This document shows, one piece after another, positions 20,175-31,800 of a stretch of DNA of 64,000 nucleotides. The notes under the pieces were generated by a model that saw only the letters and a list, made by a program, of their open reading frames with translations, did no database searches and was not told the DNA's origin. A program made the position numbers and the translations under genes. How positions within the stretch are numbered: the first letter of the stretch is position 1; each line of letters begins with the position of its first letter. The stretch covers positions 192,001-256,000 of the forward strand of contig OY769902.1 of assembly GCA_963669175.1 (NCBI GenBank). The letters run 5' to 3'. The stretch comes from a bacterium (GTDB lineage: Bacteria; Electryoneota; Electryoneia; Electryoneales; Electryoneaceae).

Positions 20175-21355
20175 GTTTAGCCAAGTATGACGTGGTTATC
20201 ACTGGCGCTGGTCCCGCAGGTTCGTTTCTTTCCCTCTTATTGGTCCGTCAAGGTGTAAAAGTTCTTCTCCTGGATAAAGCACGCTTCCCACGCTACAAAG
20301 TTTGCGGCGGCGGCTTGACCCCGAAGTCGTTCCGTCTGCTGGCCAAACAGGGTATCCGTCTTGACGGTATCGAAGAAATCCCTATCACAGGAGCGTGGAA
20401 CACTTTCCGTAACCGTGATTGGGTTCGGGTAGACCGTCCCAAACCGGCCAAGGTCGTGATGCGTGATTACCTTGACGCCCTGCTGGTCAATCGTGCCGCA
20501 GAAGCCGGGGTGGATTTCCTGGATGAAACACAGGTCCGGTCAATCGAGTGGAGTGATCAGTGGACCATCCGGACGAAAGCCGCTAGCTATCAGGCGCAGA
20601 TTATCGTCGGCGCGGATGGTGCGACCGGGATGATCCGCAAACAGCTTGGCCTGCCCCCACGATTTCATGTCACTCGCGGACTTGAGGTCGAGTTGGAAGT
20701 CCCGGATGCAGCGCGTGAAGAACTGGGAGGTTATGCCGTGTTTGACTGGGGCGCATGTCCGCAGGGATACGGCTGGATCTTTCCCAAGCAAGACCATTTG
20801 TCCATCGGTGTGTACAGCTTTGATCCAACCGTAAAGTTGAAACCCTGGCTGAACCGCTTCCGCAGCTCGTATGCCCTGTTGCGAGTCGGCCAGATGATCA
20901 AGAGCAAATCCCACCCCCTGATCATCGGCGGGACACCGGTTCCGGTCTGTACCGACAACGCTCTGCTGGTGGGCGATGCGGCGGGGGTATGCGACGCTTT
21001 CTTTGCCGAGGGCATCAGCTATTCGCTCTGGACTGCGCTGAAAGCATCAAAATACATTATCCCCCACCTTGCCGAATCGCGCTATACCCTGCACGGTTAC
21101 CAGGATGAGTATAACCGTTTGTGTGAACGATATTTCGAACCCGCCCTGCAATTGTCACAGTGGTTTTATGCTTCTCCGCAAATCGCTTTTTCCCTTCTCG
21201 CCAGGAACCGGTATTCCTCGGACCAGTTCGCCGGAGTTCTCTTCGGGGAACAAAGTTTTGCGAACGCAATGGCGCATGTGGCTCGAAACCCTCACAAGTT
21301 CATGCTCGCCCGCTGGCAAAAGGACGGCCCTGGGAAACGACCGGCGTTTGCCTGA
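20171..21355 (+). CDS. Geranylgeranyl reductase family FAD oxidoreductase
   Basis: GAGPAG, FPRYKVCGGG, GADG, GYGWIFP, VGDAAG...EGI. Confidence 0.9.
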   Translation: MSLAKYDVVITGAGPAGSFLSLLLVRQGVKVLLLDKARFPRYKVCGGGLTPKSFRLLAKQGIRLDGIEEIPITGAWNTFRNRDWVRVDRPKPAKVVMRDYLDALLVNRAAEAGVDFLDETQVRSIEWSDQWTIRTKAASYQAQIIVGADGATGMIRKQLGLPPRFHVTRGLEVELEVPDAAREELGGYAVFDWGACPQGYGWIFPKQDHLSIGVYSFDPTVKLKPWLNRFRSSYALLRVGQMIKSKSHPLIIGGTPVPVCTDNALLVGDAAGVCDAFFAEGISYSLWTALKASKYIIPHLAESRYTLHGYQDEYNRLCERYFEPALQLSQWFYASPQIAFSLLARNRYSSDQFAGVLFGEQSFANAMAHVARNPHKFMLARWQKDGPGKRPAFA

Positions 21356-21369
21356 TCTTCTTCACTGGT

Positions 21370-21451
21370 AAAAGGGTACAGTCACCTTTTCAATTCTCTA
21401 CATCACACAATATTTCATCTTGACTCGTTGAAAAGGAAACAGTCCCCTTTT
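21370..21451. repeat. Pair of AAAAGG-N9-CCTTTT palindromes (half element)
   Basis: aaaagggtacagtcacctttt and aaaaggaaacagtcccctttt, identical to units at 26728 and 26788. Confidence 0.85.
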
Positions 21452-21589
21452 GCTGCCAGTTTTTTCATTGCCGTTACAATCCACCCCCGAGCGTTTTATT
21501 CTAACGTTCGAAGCCGTACCTTGTGGGCGCGGAACCAATAGACCTTTACTGAGTTGAACAGGCAACACGAGTAACAGGAACAGCGCCCC

Positions 21590-22822
21590 TTGGCCCACTA
21601 CACCTTATTCATCGCGAACCGATACCTGCGTTCCAAGCGCCGTACCGGGTTCATTTCCCTGATCACCTACATCTCCGCTGCGGGAGTAATGCTGGGAACG
21701 ATGACGCTTGTGATTGTCCTCTCCATCGCCAATGGGTTCGAGCATGAGGTGCGTGGACGCATCATCGGATTGGATGCCCATATCCGGGTTACCAGCTTCG
21801 ATGAGTTGGGAAGTGGCGGTTGGGAAAAGGCCATTGACACGTTAAAAACGATCAATCACATCGAAGCGGCCAGTCCCTTTGTCATGCAGAAGGGCATGAT
21901 CCGAAACCGGAAACACAACGATGGCTGCCTGATCCGTGGTATTGATCCCGCCACGGTTGGCGAGGTGAACAACCTGCCGGAACTGCTGGTAGCCGGTAGC
22001 CTGGATTCACTGGAAGCCCTGGACGGCAACATGCCCGGCATCATTGTTGGACGCTACATGTCCGAGATGCTGTATGCGGTCCCCGGCGACACCATCTTCC
22101 TGTTCAACCCCACCACCTCCGGCGCGTTCAGCCAACCCAAGGTCGGGCAATACCGTCTGGTAGGTGTGTTTGAATCCGGTCTGGCAGAATTTGACCAGGT
22201 TTTTGTCTATATCAGCTTGAAAGAAGCACAGAGCCTTTTCAACATGGGCAACAAGGTCAATGGCATCGATATCCGTTTGAGCAAGACGGATAATATTCTG
22301 GCCGACAAGGTCAAGCTTGAAATCAAGGACAAGGTCGGCTATCCCTGGTACGCTCGTACGTGGTTCGAAATGCGGAAAAACCTGTTTGTCTGGATGAAAC
22401 TGGAGAAATGGGCGTTCTTCATTGTGTTGAGCCTTATTGTCCTGGTAGCGGCTTTCAATATCATATCCACGCTGGTCATGATTACCATGGAAAAACGCAA
22501 GGAAATCGGTATCCTTGTTGCCATGGGCGCTACCAGCAAGGATATCAGTCGCATCTTCATTTTGCAGGGACTGGTGGTCGGTGTTATCGGCACCGCCAGC
22601 GGCCTGTTCATTGGCTGGCTGGTGCTGTTCATACAACAGACATTCCACATCCTGAGGCTTCCGCCCGAAGTGTACCTGCTGGAAGAATTTCCGGTCCTGA
22701 TGAATCCGATGGATTTTCTATATGTGGGCATTGTAGGGGTGTTGTTATGCCTGCTGGCTGCGGTATACCCGGCACGTCAGGCGTCACGGCTTGACCCGGT
22801 GGAGGCGATCCGCTATGAATAA
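21590..22822 (+). CDS. lolE: Lipoprotein-releasing ABC transporter permease LolC/E
   Basis: FIANRYLRSKRRTGFIS, MacB/FtsX architecture, [31 protein letters not shown]. Confidence 0.9.
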   Translation: MAHYTLFIANRYLRSKRRTGFISLITYISAAGVMLGTMTLVIVLSIANGFEHEVRGRIIGLDAHIRVTSFDELGSGGWEKAIDTLKTINHIEAASPFVMQKGMIRNRKHNDGCLIRGIDPATVGEVNNLPELLVAGSLDSLEALDGNMPGIIVGRYMSEMLYAVPGDTIFLFNPTTSGAFSQPKVGQYRLVGVFESGLAEFDQVFVYISLKEAQSLFNMGNKVNGIDIRLSKTDNILADKVKLEIKDKVGYPWYARTWFEMRKNLFVWMKLEKWAFFIVLSLIVLVAAFNIISTLVMITMEKRKEIGILVAMGATSKDISRIFILQGLVVGVIGTASGLFIGWLVLFIQQTFHILRLPPEVYLLEEFPVLMNPMDFLYVGIVGVLLCLLAAVYPARQASRLDPVEAIRYE

Positions 22823-23495
22823 CGCTTCCCCACTGCTCCAGGCCCATGACGTTACCAAGTCGTATACCCTTGGCGAACGCACCATCGAAGTTCTCAAAGG
22901 CGTGAATCTTGAAGCCTTCCCCGGCGAGTTTCTCTCGATCATCGGGCCTTCCGGCGCTGGCAAGAGTACGCTGCTTCATATCCTGGGCACACTTGAACAA
23001 CCGACTTCAGGCAACGTTCAGATCAATGGACACCCGTTCGAAGGATTGGATGAGCAAACACGCGCCTATTTGCGTCGCAACGAGATCGGTTTTGTCTTCC
23101 AGTTTCATCACCTGCTTCCCGGCTTCACCGCGCTGGAAAACATCATGATGCCAGCCTTGATCCTGGGCAAGGACAAAAAAGAAGCGGAAAAACCGGCAAC
23201 TGAGCTGGCGGAAATGCTGGGGCTGTCCCACCGTTTGGAAAACAAACCGGTGGAGTTGTCCGGCGGCGAACAACAACGTGTTGCGGTAGCACGCGCCCTG
23301 ATCAATAATCCCTCGCTGGTCTTGGCCGATGAACCGTCCGGCAACCTGGACCGTGTGATCGGAACCTCCCTCGAAAACGACCTGGTTCAGTTCGCACGGG
23401 ATCGTGGCTCTGCGGTGATCGTGGTGACGCATAACGAAGACTGGGCCCATCGCGCAGATCGTGTGCTGACACTGGTTGATGGGCATTTGGAGTAG
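22815..23495 (+). CDS. lolD: Lipoprotein-releasing ABC transporter ATPase
   Basis: [38 protein letters not shown]; overlaps the permease stop. Confidence 0.93.
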   Translation: MNNASPLLQAHDVTKSYTLGERTIEVLKGVNLEAFPGEFLSIIGPSGAGKSTLLHILGTLEQPTSGNVQINGHPFEGLDEQTRAYLRRNEIGFVFQFHHLLPGFTALENIMMPALILGKDKKEAEKPATELAEMLGLSHRLENKPVELSGGEQQRVAVARALINNPSLVLADEPSGNLDRVIGTSLENDLVQFARDRGSAVIVVTHNEDWAHRADRVLTLVDGHLE

Positions 23496-23517
23496 CCCGG
23501 CGCATGCCTGGCCGGGA
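23492..23517 (+). repeat. GTAG-type REP hairpin
   Basis: gtagcccggcgcatgcctggccggga overlaps the lolD stop; inverted copy at 27115-27140. Confidence 0.75.
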
Positions 23518-23620
23518 TAAAGCTGGAACCCTTCCCGGCTTGCTTACCAAGAACAGTGCAGGCGAAAAAGCAGCCATCATAGCCATTACCTCAACAATGT
23601 CAATTTCACTTCCGGCAAGT

Positions 23621-23650
23621 CGCGTGGCCCGGCGTGCTCGCACCCGGGTA
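23621..23650 (+). repeat. GTGG-type REP singlet
   Basis: cgcgtggcccggcgtgctcgcacccgggta matches the arms at 1238-1351. Confidence 0.8.
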
Positions 23651-23938
23651 GTTCCACACCTGCAATCCATGAAGACTGAAATTGAAAGAGCTTAACTCAA
23701 CGCCCAGCAGTTCCGTACTATCCCATCTTTTCAAATAGCCGACTGACAAGCAATCAGGCCTAACAACCCGTAATCCCCGCCATAACCTCTTGATACTCCT
23801 ATCCCTCCTGTGCGTCCCCAAGCGAGAAGGGCATTTGTACTTTGCCTGAAACAACCATACCTTACTTGTGGTGTAATCGTTGAGCAGTAACTGTAGTCAG
23901 TTATTCGCTACTGATAGACCAGAGACAACGAGAGTGGC

Positions 23939-26425
23939 ATGACCAACAAATTTTCTTTTCGCGTTCAACAGGCGATTCAGTACGCTCGTGAGGAGGCGTT
24001 GCGTCTGGGGCATGACTCCATCGCAACAGAACACCTCCTGCTGGGCCTGATTCACCTGGGTGAAGGATCTGCAATCCGCATTTTACAGAATCTTGGTGTG
24101 GACCTGGAAGAGGTCCGTGAAACCATTGAAGAAGCAATTGAATCCCCTTCCACTACGCTGAAGATGGGAAACATCCCCTTCACCAAGCGTGCGGAGAAAG
24201 TCCTGAAGATGTCCTATTCCGAGGGCAAGAACCTGGCCTCGGAAAACATCGGCACATCCCACCTGTTGCTGGCCCTGCTGAAGGATGAAGAGGGACTGGC
24301 GGCGCAGGTGTTGATGAGTTATAACATCAGCTACGAAGCAGTCCGTTCCGAGATGGAAGGCATGCGTGCCGAAGAACCGGAAGGCCCGAAGGAGTTGAGC
24401 ATTCCCAAGCCATCCGGCAAGAGCAAAACCCCGATGCTGGACCATTTCGGACGCGACCTGACCAAGCTGGCGCGTGAAAACCGGCTCGACCCGATCATCG
24501 GACGCGAATCCGAGATCGAACGTGTCGCACAGATCCTGTCCCGTCGCAAGAAAAACAACCCGGTCCTGATCGGTGAACCTGGCGTGGGCAAGACAGCGAT
24601 TGTGGAAGGTCTGGCCTTGCGTATCATCAAGCAGCAGGTCAGCCCGGCCCTGTTCAACAAGCGTGTTATTGCGCTGGACCTGGGCTCAATGGTCGCCGGC
24701 ACCAAGTACCGTGGTCAGTTCGAGGAACGGGTCAAGGGTGTGCTGGTCGAAATCGAAAAGAATCCAGATACGATCATTTTTATTGACGAGCTTCATACCA
24801 TCGTCGGCGCAGGTTCCGCTTCCGGCAGCCTGGACGCTTCGAACATGTTCAAACCGGCGCTGGCGCGTGGCGAACTTCAGTGCATCGGCGCGACAACGTT
24901 GAACGAATACCGTGAGAACATAGAGAAGGACGGCGCGTTGGAACGTCGTTTCCAGAAGCTCATGGTCGAACCGCCAAGCGCACTGGAAACCATCGAGATT
25001 CTCCAGGGACTGAAGAAAAACTACGAAGAACATCACGGTGTCACGTACACCGCCGAAGCCCTTCGCCAGGCGGTTCTGCTGGCGGACCGCTATATATCCG
25101 ACCGTTTCCTGCCTGACAAGGCCATCGATGTTCTGGACGAGGTCGGCAGCCGCCTGCGTTTGAAAAACCTGGTCGTCCCTGATTCCATCCTGAAAATGGA
25201 GCAGAAGATAGAAAGCCTCCAGCAGGAAAAGGACGAGCTGGTCAAGGCGCAGGAATATGAAAAAGCAGCCGAGATCCGTGATACCAAGAATAAGGTAGAG
25301 ATAGAACTCGAGCAGGCGCGCAAGGAGTGGGAGCAGAATGAACACGCCGCCCCGATCGAGGTGTCGGAAGACAATGTCGCGGAAGTCGTGTCCATGATGA
25401 CCGGCATCCCGGTAAGCCGTGTGGCGGTAAGTGAATCCGAACGTCTGCTCCAGATGAAGGAAACGCTCAAGAAGCATATCGTTGGGCAGGATGACGCCAT
25501 CGAAGCGCTGGCCAAGGCGATCCGACGCAGCCGTACCGGCCTGAAAAGCCCGGACCGCCCGATTGGGTCGTTCATCTTCCTCGGCCCGACCGGCGTTGGC
25601 AAGACAGAATTAGCCAAAGTGCTGGCGGAATACCTGTTCGAAGATAAAAACGCCCTGATCCGTGTGGACATGTCCGAGTTTATGGAGAAGTTCAACGTCA
25701 GCCGTCTGATCGGCGCGCCTCCGGGATATGTCGGCTATGATGAAGGCGGCCAGCTTTCAGAAAAGGTCCGCCGGAAACCGTACAGCGTTGTTCTGCTGGA
25801 CGAAGTGGAAAAAGCGCACCAGGACATCTTTAACATCATGCTGCAGGTGCTGGACAGCGGTGAACTTACCGATGGCAGCAACCGTAAGATCGACTTCCGG
25901 AACACGATTATCATCATGACCTCCAACCTGGGATCACGTGAATCGAAGAAGGGCGCGCTTGGTTTCGGTGACACCGAAGGCAAGACCGACTACGATCACA
26001 TGAAAACCAAGATGACCCAGGCGGCCAAGGATATGTTCCGTCCCGAATTCCTGAACCGGATCGACGAGACTATCGTCTTCCGTAAGCTGGAAAAGGAACA
26101 TATCCTGTCCATCGAAGATCTTTACCTGGAAGACATCAACACACGCCTGATCGAGAAGGGTCTGAAGCTGGAAGTTACCGACCCGGCCAAAGACTTCCTC
26201 GCCGATATGGGCTTCAGTGATCAGACCGGCGCACGTACCCTGCGGCGTATCGTGGAACGTCACTTGGAAGATCCCCTCGCCGAGGAGATCCTGAAAGGTT
26301 CCGTCAAGCACGGCGATACGGTGAAAGTGCGGGTCCGCGAAGAAAAACTGATCTTCGAGACCATCGAACGGAACAACGATAGCGCCGATAAATCCGGCAA
26401 AAAGGAAGCGAAATCAGAGAAGTAA
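23939..26425 (+). CDS. clpC: ATP-dependent Clp protease ATP-binding subunit ClpC
   Basis: Two Clp-N repeats, GEPGVGKT and GPTGVGKT Walker A motifs, UVR coiled coil, LGF ClpP-docking loop. Confidence 0.96.
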   Translation: MTNKFSFRVQQAIQYAREEALRLGHDSIATEHLLLGLIHLGEGSAIRILQNLGVDLEEVRETIEEAIESPSTTLKMGNIPFTKRAEKVLKMSYSEGKNLASENIGTSHLLLALLKDEEGLAAQVLMSYNISYEAVRSEMEGMRAEEPEGPKELSIPKPSGKSKTPMLDHFGRDLTKLARENRLDPIIGRESEIERVAQILSRRKKNNPVLIGEPGVGKTAIVEGLALRIIKQQVSPALFNKRVIALDLGSMVAGTKYRGQFEERVKGVLVEIEKNPDTIIFIDELHTIVGAGSASGSLDASNMFKPALARGELQCIGATTLNEYRENIEKDGALERRFQKLMVEPPSALETIEILQGLKKNYEEHHGVTYTAEALRQAVLLADRYISDRFLPDKAIDVLDEVGSRLRLKNLVVPDSILKMEQKIESLQQEKDELVKAQEYEKAAEIRDTKNKVEIELEQARKEWEQNEHAAPIEVSEDNVAEVVSMMTGIPVSRVAVSESERLLQMKETLKKHIVGQDDAIEALAKAIRRSRTGLKSPDRPIGSFIFLGPTGVGKTELAKVLAEYLFEDKNALIRVDMSEFMEKFNVSRLIGAPPGYVGYDEGGQLSEKVRRKPYSVVLLDEVEKAHQDIFNIMLQVLDSGELTDGSNRKIDFRNTIIIMTSNLGSRESKKGALGFGDTEGKTDYDHMKTKMTQAAKDMFRPEFLNRIDETIVFRKLEKEHILSIEDLYLEDINTRLIEKGLKLEVTDPAKDFLADMGFSDQTGARTLRRIVERHLEDPLAEEILKGSVKHGDTVKVRVREEKLIFETIERNNDSADKSGKKEAKSEK

Positions 26426-26570
26426 GCTGGTTTTAGCTTGTGATAGATTTTGAAAGCCAACTCGAAAGGGTTGGCTTTAATAGTTGGCCAAGACTGTGTT
26501 ACTGAAATTGTTTCTCGCCCTTTTTCACTTTTTTCACTGACTACTTTTTTCACTTCAAGATTCCAGGCTA

Positions 26571-27121
26571 CTTCGCTGATCTCCCACGAAAAGGGGACGG
26601 AATCCTTTTCCTCGAAACATATAAAGAATTCTCTTGCTGAACCTTATGGAAAAGGAAGCTGTACCCTTTTCGCAGTAATGAAACCTGATAGCAGGAAAAG
26701 CCAGGAGCGTGGTACTTCATCCCAGGCAAAAGGGTACAGTCACCTTTTCGATATACTCTTCACACAGTATCCAATCTCAGCGCGACGAAAAGGAAACAGT
26801 CCCCTTTTGCTGCCGTCTTGTGTACTGACTTGTCTCTTCCCCCGGCTTCGCTGATCTCACAACGAAAAGGGGACGGAATCCTTTTCCTCGAATCATATAA
26901 AGAATTCTATTGCTGAACCTTATGGAAAAGGAAGCTGTACCCTTTTCGCAGTAATGAAACCTGATAGCAGGAAAAGCCAGGAGCGTGGTACTTCATCACA
27001 GGCAAAAGGGTACAGTCACCTTTTCGATATACTCTTCACACAGTATCCAATCTCAGCGCGACGAAAAGGAAACAGTCCCCTTTTGCTGCTGATTTGTGTA
27101 CTGTCCTGTCTCTTTCCCCGG
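26571..27121. repeat. Tandem duplication of a ~275-bp four-palindrome element
   Basis: 26571-26845 and 26846-27121 are nearly identical; each holds four AAAAGG-N9-CCTTTT units. Confidence 0.92.
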
Positions 27122-27259
27122 CCAGGCATGGCCGGGCTACTCGACTTTCAGTAGTCTTCTTGCAAATTCTTCTCATTCGGGGCACATTCACTGATAACAG
27201 TCGCTTCCGTGCGCTGGAGTGTGTATATTTAGCGATTGTGAGAAAAAGGAGGGGAACGG

Positions 27260-28429
27260 TTGCAGGCTACAGACTGGATGGCGCTGGCCTTTGAACGGTT
27301 TCAGAGTGCGGTTCGCACTGTCCGCTTGACTCTGCCGCCCGGACGTCATGCCGAATTCTGGTCCCGCCTGCTGGAGCTAGCCCAACTGAAGCGTCGCGGC
27401 CTGGTAATCACTGTCCTGATTGATGATGACCTGATCAACGAAGACGCCATTCGTATTGCCCTCCAAACCATCCCTGAACTTGACCAGTGTGGCCATGAGA
27501 TCAGTTGGGTTATCGCTGAGACTCTTCCCTATCGTCTGTTTATTGTGGACGACGCCTGGGCGCTGGTAGTCTGCGGCGATCCGGACGATCCCAATGATGG
27601 CGCCTTTGCCCGTTTGACAGATAATGCGGATGAAGCGACGCGCCTGCGTGAAGCGTTCGACCGTCGCGCCGGGTCCGGACAGTGGGATGTGGCTCCTGGT
27701 TCGTGGCTGGAATGGCTGGACAAAGCGCCGCACCGTCCCCCGACAAAATCCGCCCTGGCTGCGTTGCATCGTCATTCCTATCGTCTGCATCGCGCGGTTG
27801 TCCGCAGCCTCAAGCAGATGCCCAAACGATCCTGTTGGCTGCTGAAGCCACGGGACAGCGCCTACGGCATTCCTGAACCGCCCGGTGGTCACCAATGGCT
27901 GGAATGGCGTGAACATAATCTGATGGCTTTGGGCTGGCCCTTATTGGTTGAGCCGCTTGGCCTGCCTAAAATGCCATCACGACGAGCGTTCGTTTCAAAG
28001 TTTTCTTCCATATACCATCATCAACAGAATACGATTCGCGCTTACGCCACGATCCGTCATTTCGTGGAAGATATGCGCGTCGGAGATCGTGCTGTCGCTG
28101 TTGAAGGCTGGACTGCTCACCAGAACACTCCTGTACGCTTTCACGGCTGGACTCATATTGAAGGCGCCCCGGAGATTAACCGGCAGGCATCCGAATGGCC
28201 CCTGGTACGCCGCGCAGACTGGCGACGATATGAACTGGACTTGCCGATTGAAGCCGTTCGCGCGGCCACGGGTCTTGAATCAGCCACCTATCCCTTGCAT
28301 AAACTTGAGACCGGCGCGTTCAGACGGTTGGTTGCCCTGGCGGAAGAGGTCAGGAGGAACAAAGGGGATAGTCAACTCCTGCTTGACCTGGCATTAATGA
28401 ATCACACTCCCGCTCCGTTCAAAGAATAG
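27260..28429 (+). CDS. Degenerate PLD-like domain fused to an EVE/PUA-like domain
   Basis: AGGAGG RBS; RRGLVITVL and LPYRLFIVDD (PLD-like, no HxK); WLLKP...ALGW...FVEDMRVGD...RRADW resembles McrB/Mrr N-terminal reader domains. Confidence 0.62.
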   Translation: MQATDWMALAFERFQSAVRTVRLTLPPGRHAEFWSRLLELAQLKRRGLVITVLIDDDLINEDAIRIALQTIPELDQCGHEISWVIAETLPYRLFIVDDAWALVVCGDPDDPNDGAFARLTDNADEATRLREAFDRRAGSGQWDVAPGSWLEWLDKAPHRPPTKSALAALHRHSYRLHRAVVRSLKQMPKRSCWLLKPRDSAYGIPEPPGGHQWLEWREHNLMALGWPLLVEPLGLPKMPSRRAFVSKFSSIYHHQQNTIRAYATIRHFVEDMRVGDRAVAVEGWTAHQNTPVRFHGWTHIEGAPEINRQASEWPLVRRADWRRYELDLPIEAVRAATGLESATYPLHKLETGAFRRLVALAEEVRRNKGDSQLLLDLALMNHTPAPFKE

Positions 28430-28810
28430 GAGCGCTCCAAGGCATTTGCGCGTCAGCAATTCCCTGTTCACATTGAAGTTTGAACATTTTTTTCCAAATG
28501 GCTCTAATTGCTCCCATGTCTCCGTTTTTTTTCTTTATGCTATCGATCAACGTGGATAATACATGTATTTCTTTGTAAATTAAGAGGATCTACTGGCCTC
28601 AGTAACAAAGTGCTTGACAAGCTTGACGTTTTCCCATTACCTCGGTGAGGCCATTCCTACCATACGATAGGTAGTGCTGGATACTGAGAAAGGGTTGTGC
28701 ATAGGGTGCCTACTTGCCGGAAAGAAATTCACTACAGGATGTGAAAGACCACAATTGATTCCGCTTGCCTCGGCTGGCATTGCCTTTGCTTGTTTTTGTT
28801 TGGAGTTTCT

Positions 28811-28838
28811 TTGACATCTCTGAAGAAAAGGTTACAGT
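28811..28838 (+). promoter_or_regulatory. Possible sigma70 promoter of the C25 gene
   Basis: TTGACA-16 bp-TACAGT, about 30 bp upstream of the ATG at 28870. Confidence 0.35.
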
Positions 28839-28869
28839 GATACTACATCCCCGTGTTGGAGGTACCTTC

Positions 28870-31800
28870 ATGAAGCGCTTTTTGTGCACGTTTTTACTCG
28901 TAAGCCTGCTTGCCTGCTCTGCTTTCTCGGCACAGCTTGCTGAACAGACCGCAAACAATCTGGACGCGATTAAAGTAGAACAGCGTCAATTGCGGGATGA
29001 TGGCGCAACTCTGGTTCTTGGCATTGACGAGCCGACCTGGTCAATTGCCGGATCAGAAAACAACCCGCTTGAAGTTGTTGAATTTGCACTGAGTGGTTTG
29101 CTCGGTGTCGAAGGAAACCCGGCTGTGCCGGTAACGGGTGCGATGTTCCGTATTCCCGCGCGCAGTGGCGTTGTTGTTGAAGTAATCGAAACCGAATATA
29201 CTACCTATACAGATGTTGATTATGCCGCGTTCTACGGTTCCGGTGAGTTGGACGAATTAGGTCCGCCGCAGGAAATCATAGACCAGTGGTATCCCGGGAC
29301 TCTCGCTGAAGCTGGCGAACCTGCAATCTTCGGAGATTTCCGCGTTTCCAACCTCTTGACTTACCCGATCCAGGTCAACACTGCCCGTCGTGAAGTGCGC
29401 GTTTACAACCGCATTACTGTTGACATTCGTTACGAAGGCGTGGATGAGACCAACGCCCTCGAGCATTGGCCGACACATATCAGTGAGGCACGTTTGCCCT
29501 TCTATCGTCAGTTCATGGACTGGGACGACGAGGAATTGGATGAGTACGTGCTGTATCGTGGCAATGTCGTTGTCGTCATGCAGGATGATGGTGCGTTATG
29601 GACATTGCTTGAACCCTGGCTGGAGTGGAAGCGTCAAAAGGGGTGGACTTTTGAGTTTCTTACGGACAGCGATGTAAACTGGAGCGCAAGTTCTATCCGG
29701 AGCGCACTCCAGGACATGTGGGACGACGCGGAAATCAAGTACGACTATATCGCCATTATCGGTGACGACCAGGGTTCCTGGCCGGTTCCGGCAGGTTCAG
29801 GCGGTTCCGGCACCAGCCACGGCGACCACCTCTATTCCTGCGTAGCAGGTAATGACAACCTTGCCGACGTCGGCCTGGGGCGTATTTCAGTGGAAAACAA
29901 TACGCACCTGACTGCCTACGAATACAAGGTGTTCAACTACGAAAAAGAACCGTACATGGAAGAGACGGACTGGTATCTGCGTGGCGCAGTGAACCGGTCA
30001 GACAACCATGCCGGTATTTCCAAGATTATCATGTTGCGTTGGTGGCGTAATATCATGTTGGGGCAGCTTGGCTTTACCCAGGTTGATACATCCTGGGGCA
30101 TTGGAAACAACATAGCCCGCAATGCGATTAACAACGGCGTCATTTTCTACGGTGCTCGTGGCTACATCAGCACCGGCCTGCAATGCGGTGATATCAACAG
30201 TCTGACCAACGACTACAAGACACCGATGGTCATTGATGTTACGTGTTACACGGGCAACTGGTCCGGTGGTGACGGCATCAACGAATGCTACATGCGCGCC
30301 GGTACAGCAGCCGTACCTCGTGGCGGTATTGGCGGCATGTCCATGGCAACCTCCGCTACACGTCCTGACTTCAACCACGTCCTGTCCGGCGCTGCCGGCT
30401 GGGCCTTGTTGCGTTTGCAGATGCCACACATGGGTGACATGATGCTGGCAGCCAAGATTAACGGCTGGAAGAACTACCATGGCCATGACGATGGCAACCT
30501 GAACAGCTTCAATCAGTGGTTCAACCAGATGGGTGACCCGACTGTTCTTCTGTACACAGGTCTTCCCCAGGAGATGGATGCAGACGTTGAAACAGAAATT
30601 GAAGTCGGCAACAACAGCTATGCGGTGACAGTCACGGATGATGAAGGTCCAGTCGAAGGCGCTTGGGTAACCTTCTACAAGGTTGATGATGACGAAGAAG
30701 TCATCGCCACCAAGGTGACAGATGAAAATGGTGAAGTTATTCTGGAAATCCCGGTCCGTTATGCCGGCGACGCGACTTTGACAGTTACGTGTCAGCATTA
30801 TATCCCGGAAATCATTGACGTTGAAGTAAATAATCCGGACGCACGTGTGGGTTATGTCGATGTCACCTATCTTGATAGTGGTGCAAGCGGTACTGATGGC
30901 GATGGCGATGGTATCCCGGAAGCCGGTGAAACTGTCGGTCTGATGATTACTGCCAAGAACTTTGGTACCGGGACTGAAACCGGAGTATCCATTACGGGTT
31001 CGGTTGATGATGAATGGATTAGTGATGTATCCGGTGAAGCTACGATCAATTCACTTCCCAGTGGTGGCCAGCAACTCGCTTCTGGTGTTGTCCTGATAGA
31101 GATCGAGTCCAATGCACAGAATGACTGGATCGTCAACCTGAACCTGGATATTGAATCGGATGATGGTGGTTGGAGTGATGTTCTCCAGATGACTATCGGC
31201 GCGCCTGATTTCGCCCTGGTCGATGCCGCTGTTTCAGGCACGTTGAATCCCGGTGACACACGCAACATTGACATTGATATCATGAATGTCGGCGCTGATG
31301 CATTCAGCGGTGGCACGGGCACACTGATCAGCCGTGATCCCTACGTGCATGTCATCAACGAATCCGATACCTACAACGGTATCGCAGTCAACGGTTCCGG
31401 TAGTGGCACCTTCTCGATTCAAGCCCATGAAAATGCACTGCCAGGATACAGTACGACTATTAAGCTGGCGATAGATGGCACTAATGGCACCACAGATACC
31501 GTTATGGTGCCGGTAACTGTCGGCAACCGCGTCTCTACCGATCCCGCAGGGCCGGATCGTTACGGCTACTTCGCTTTTGACAATACCGATACAGCCTACG
31601 AAGATTATGTCCCAACCTACGACTGGGTTGAGATCAATCCCGATGTAAACGGCAATGATTACGACGGCACTTCGTTCAACCTGAGCGATCCTTCTGAAAA
31701 TTCTGATGAAGGAACATGGGTTGAGCTACCCTTTACCATTCAGTACTACGGTCACGAGTTCGATACTATTACCGTCTGCACCAACGGTTTCATCGCCATG

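Noticed and set aside
26450-27294. Short ORFs sharing peptides such as KGYSHL and KGNSPL (also near 34048, 44280, 51661)
   Set aside because: They are translations of the palindromic DNA repeats, occur on either strand and lack an RBS.
28430-28810. Structured ncRNA in the C25 leader
   Set aside because: Only a short hairpin (ctaccatacgataggtag) is visible; no recognisable riboswitch consensus.
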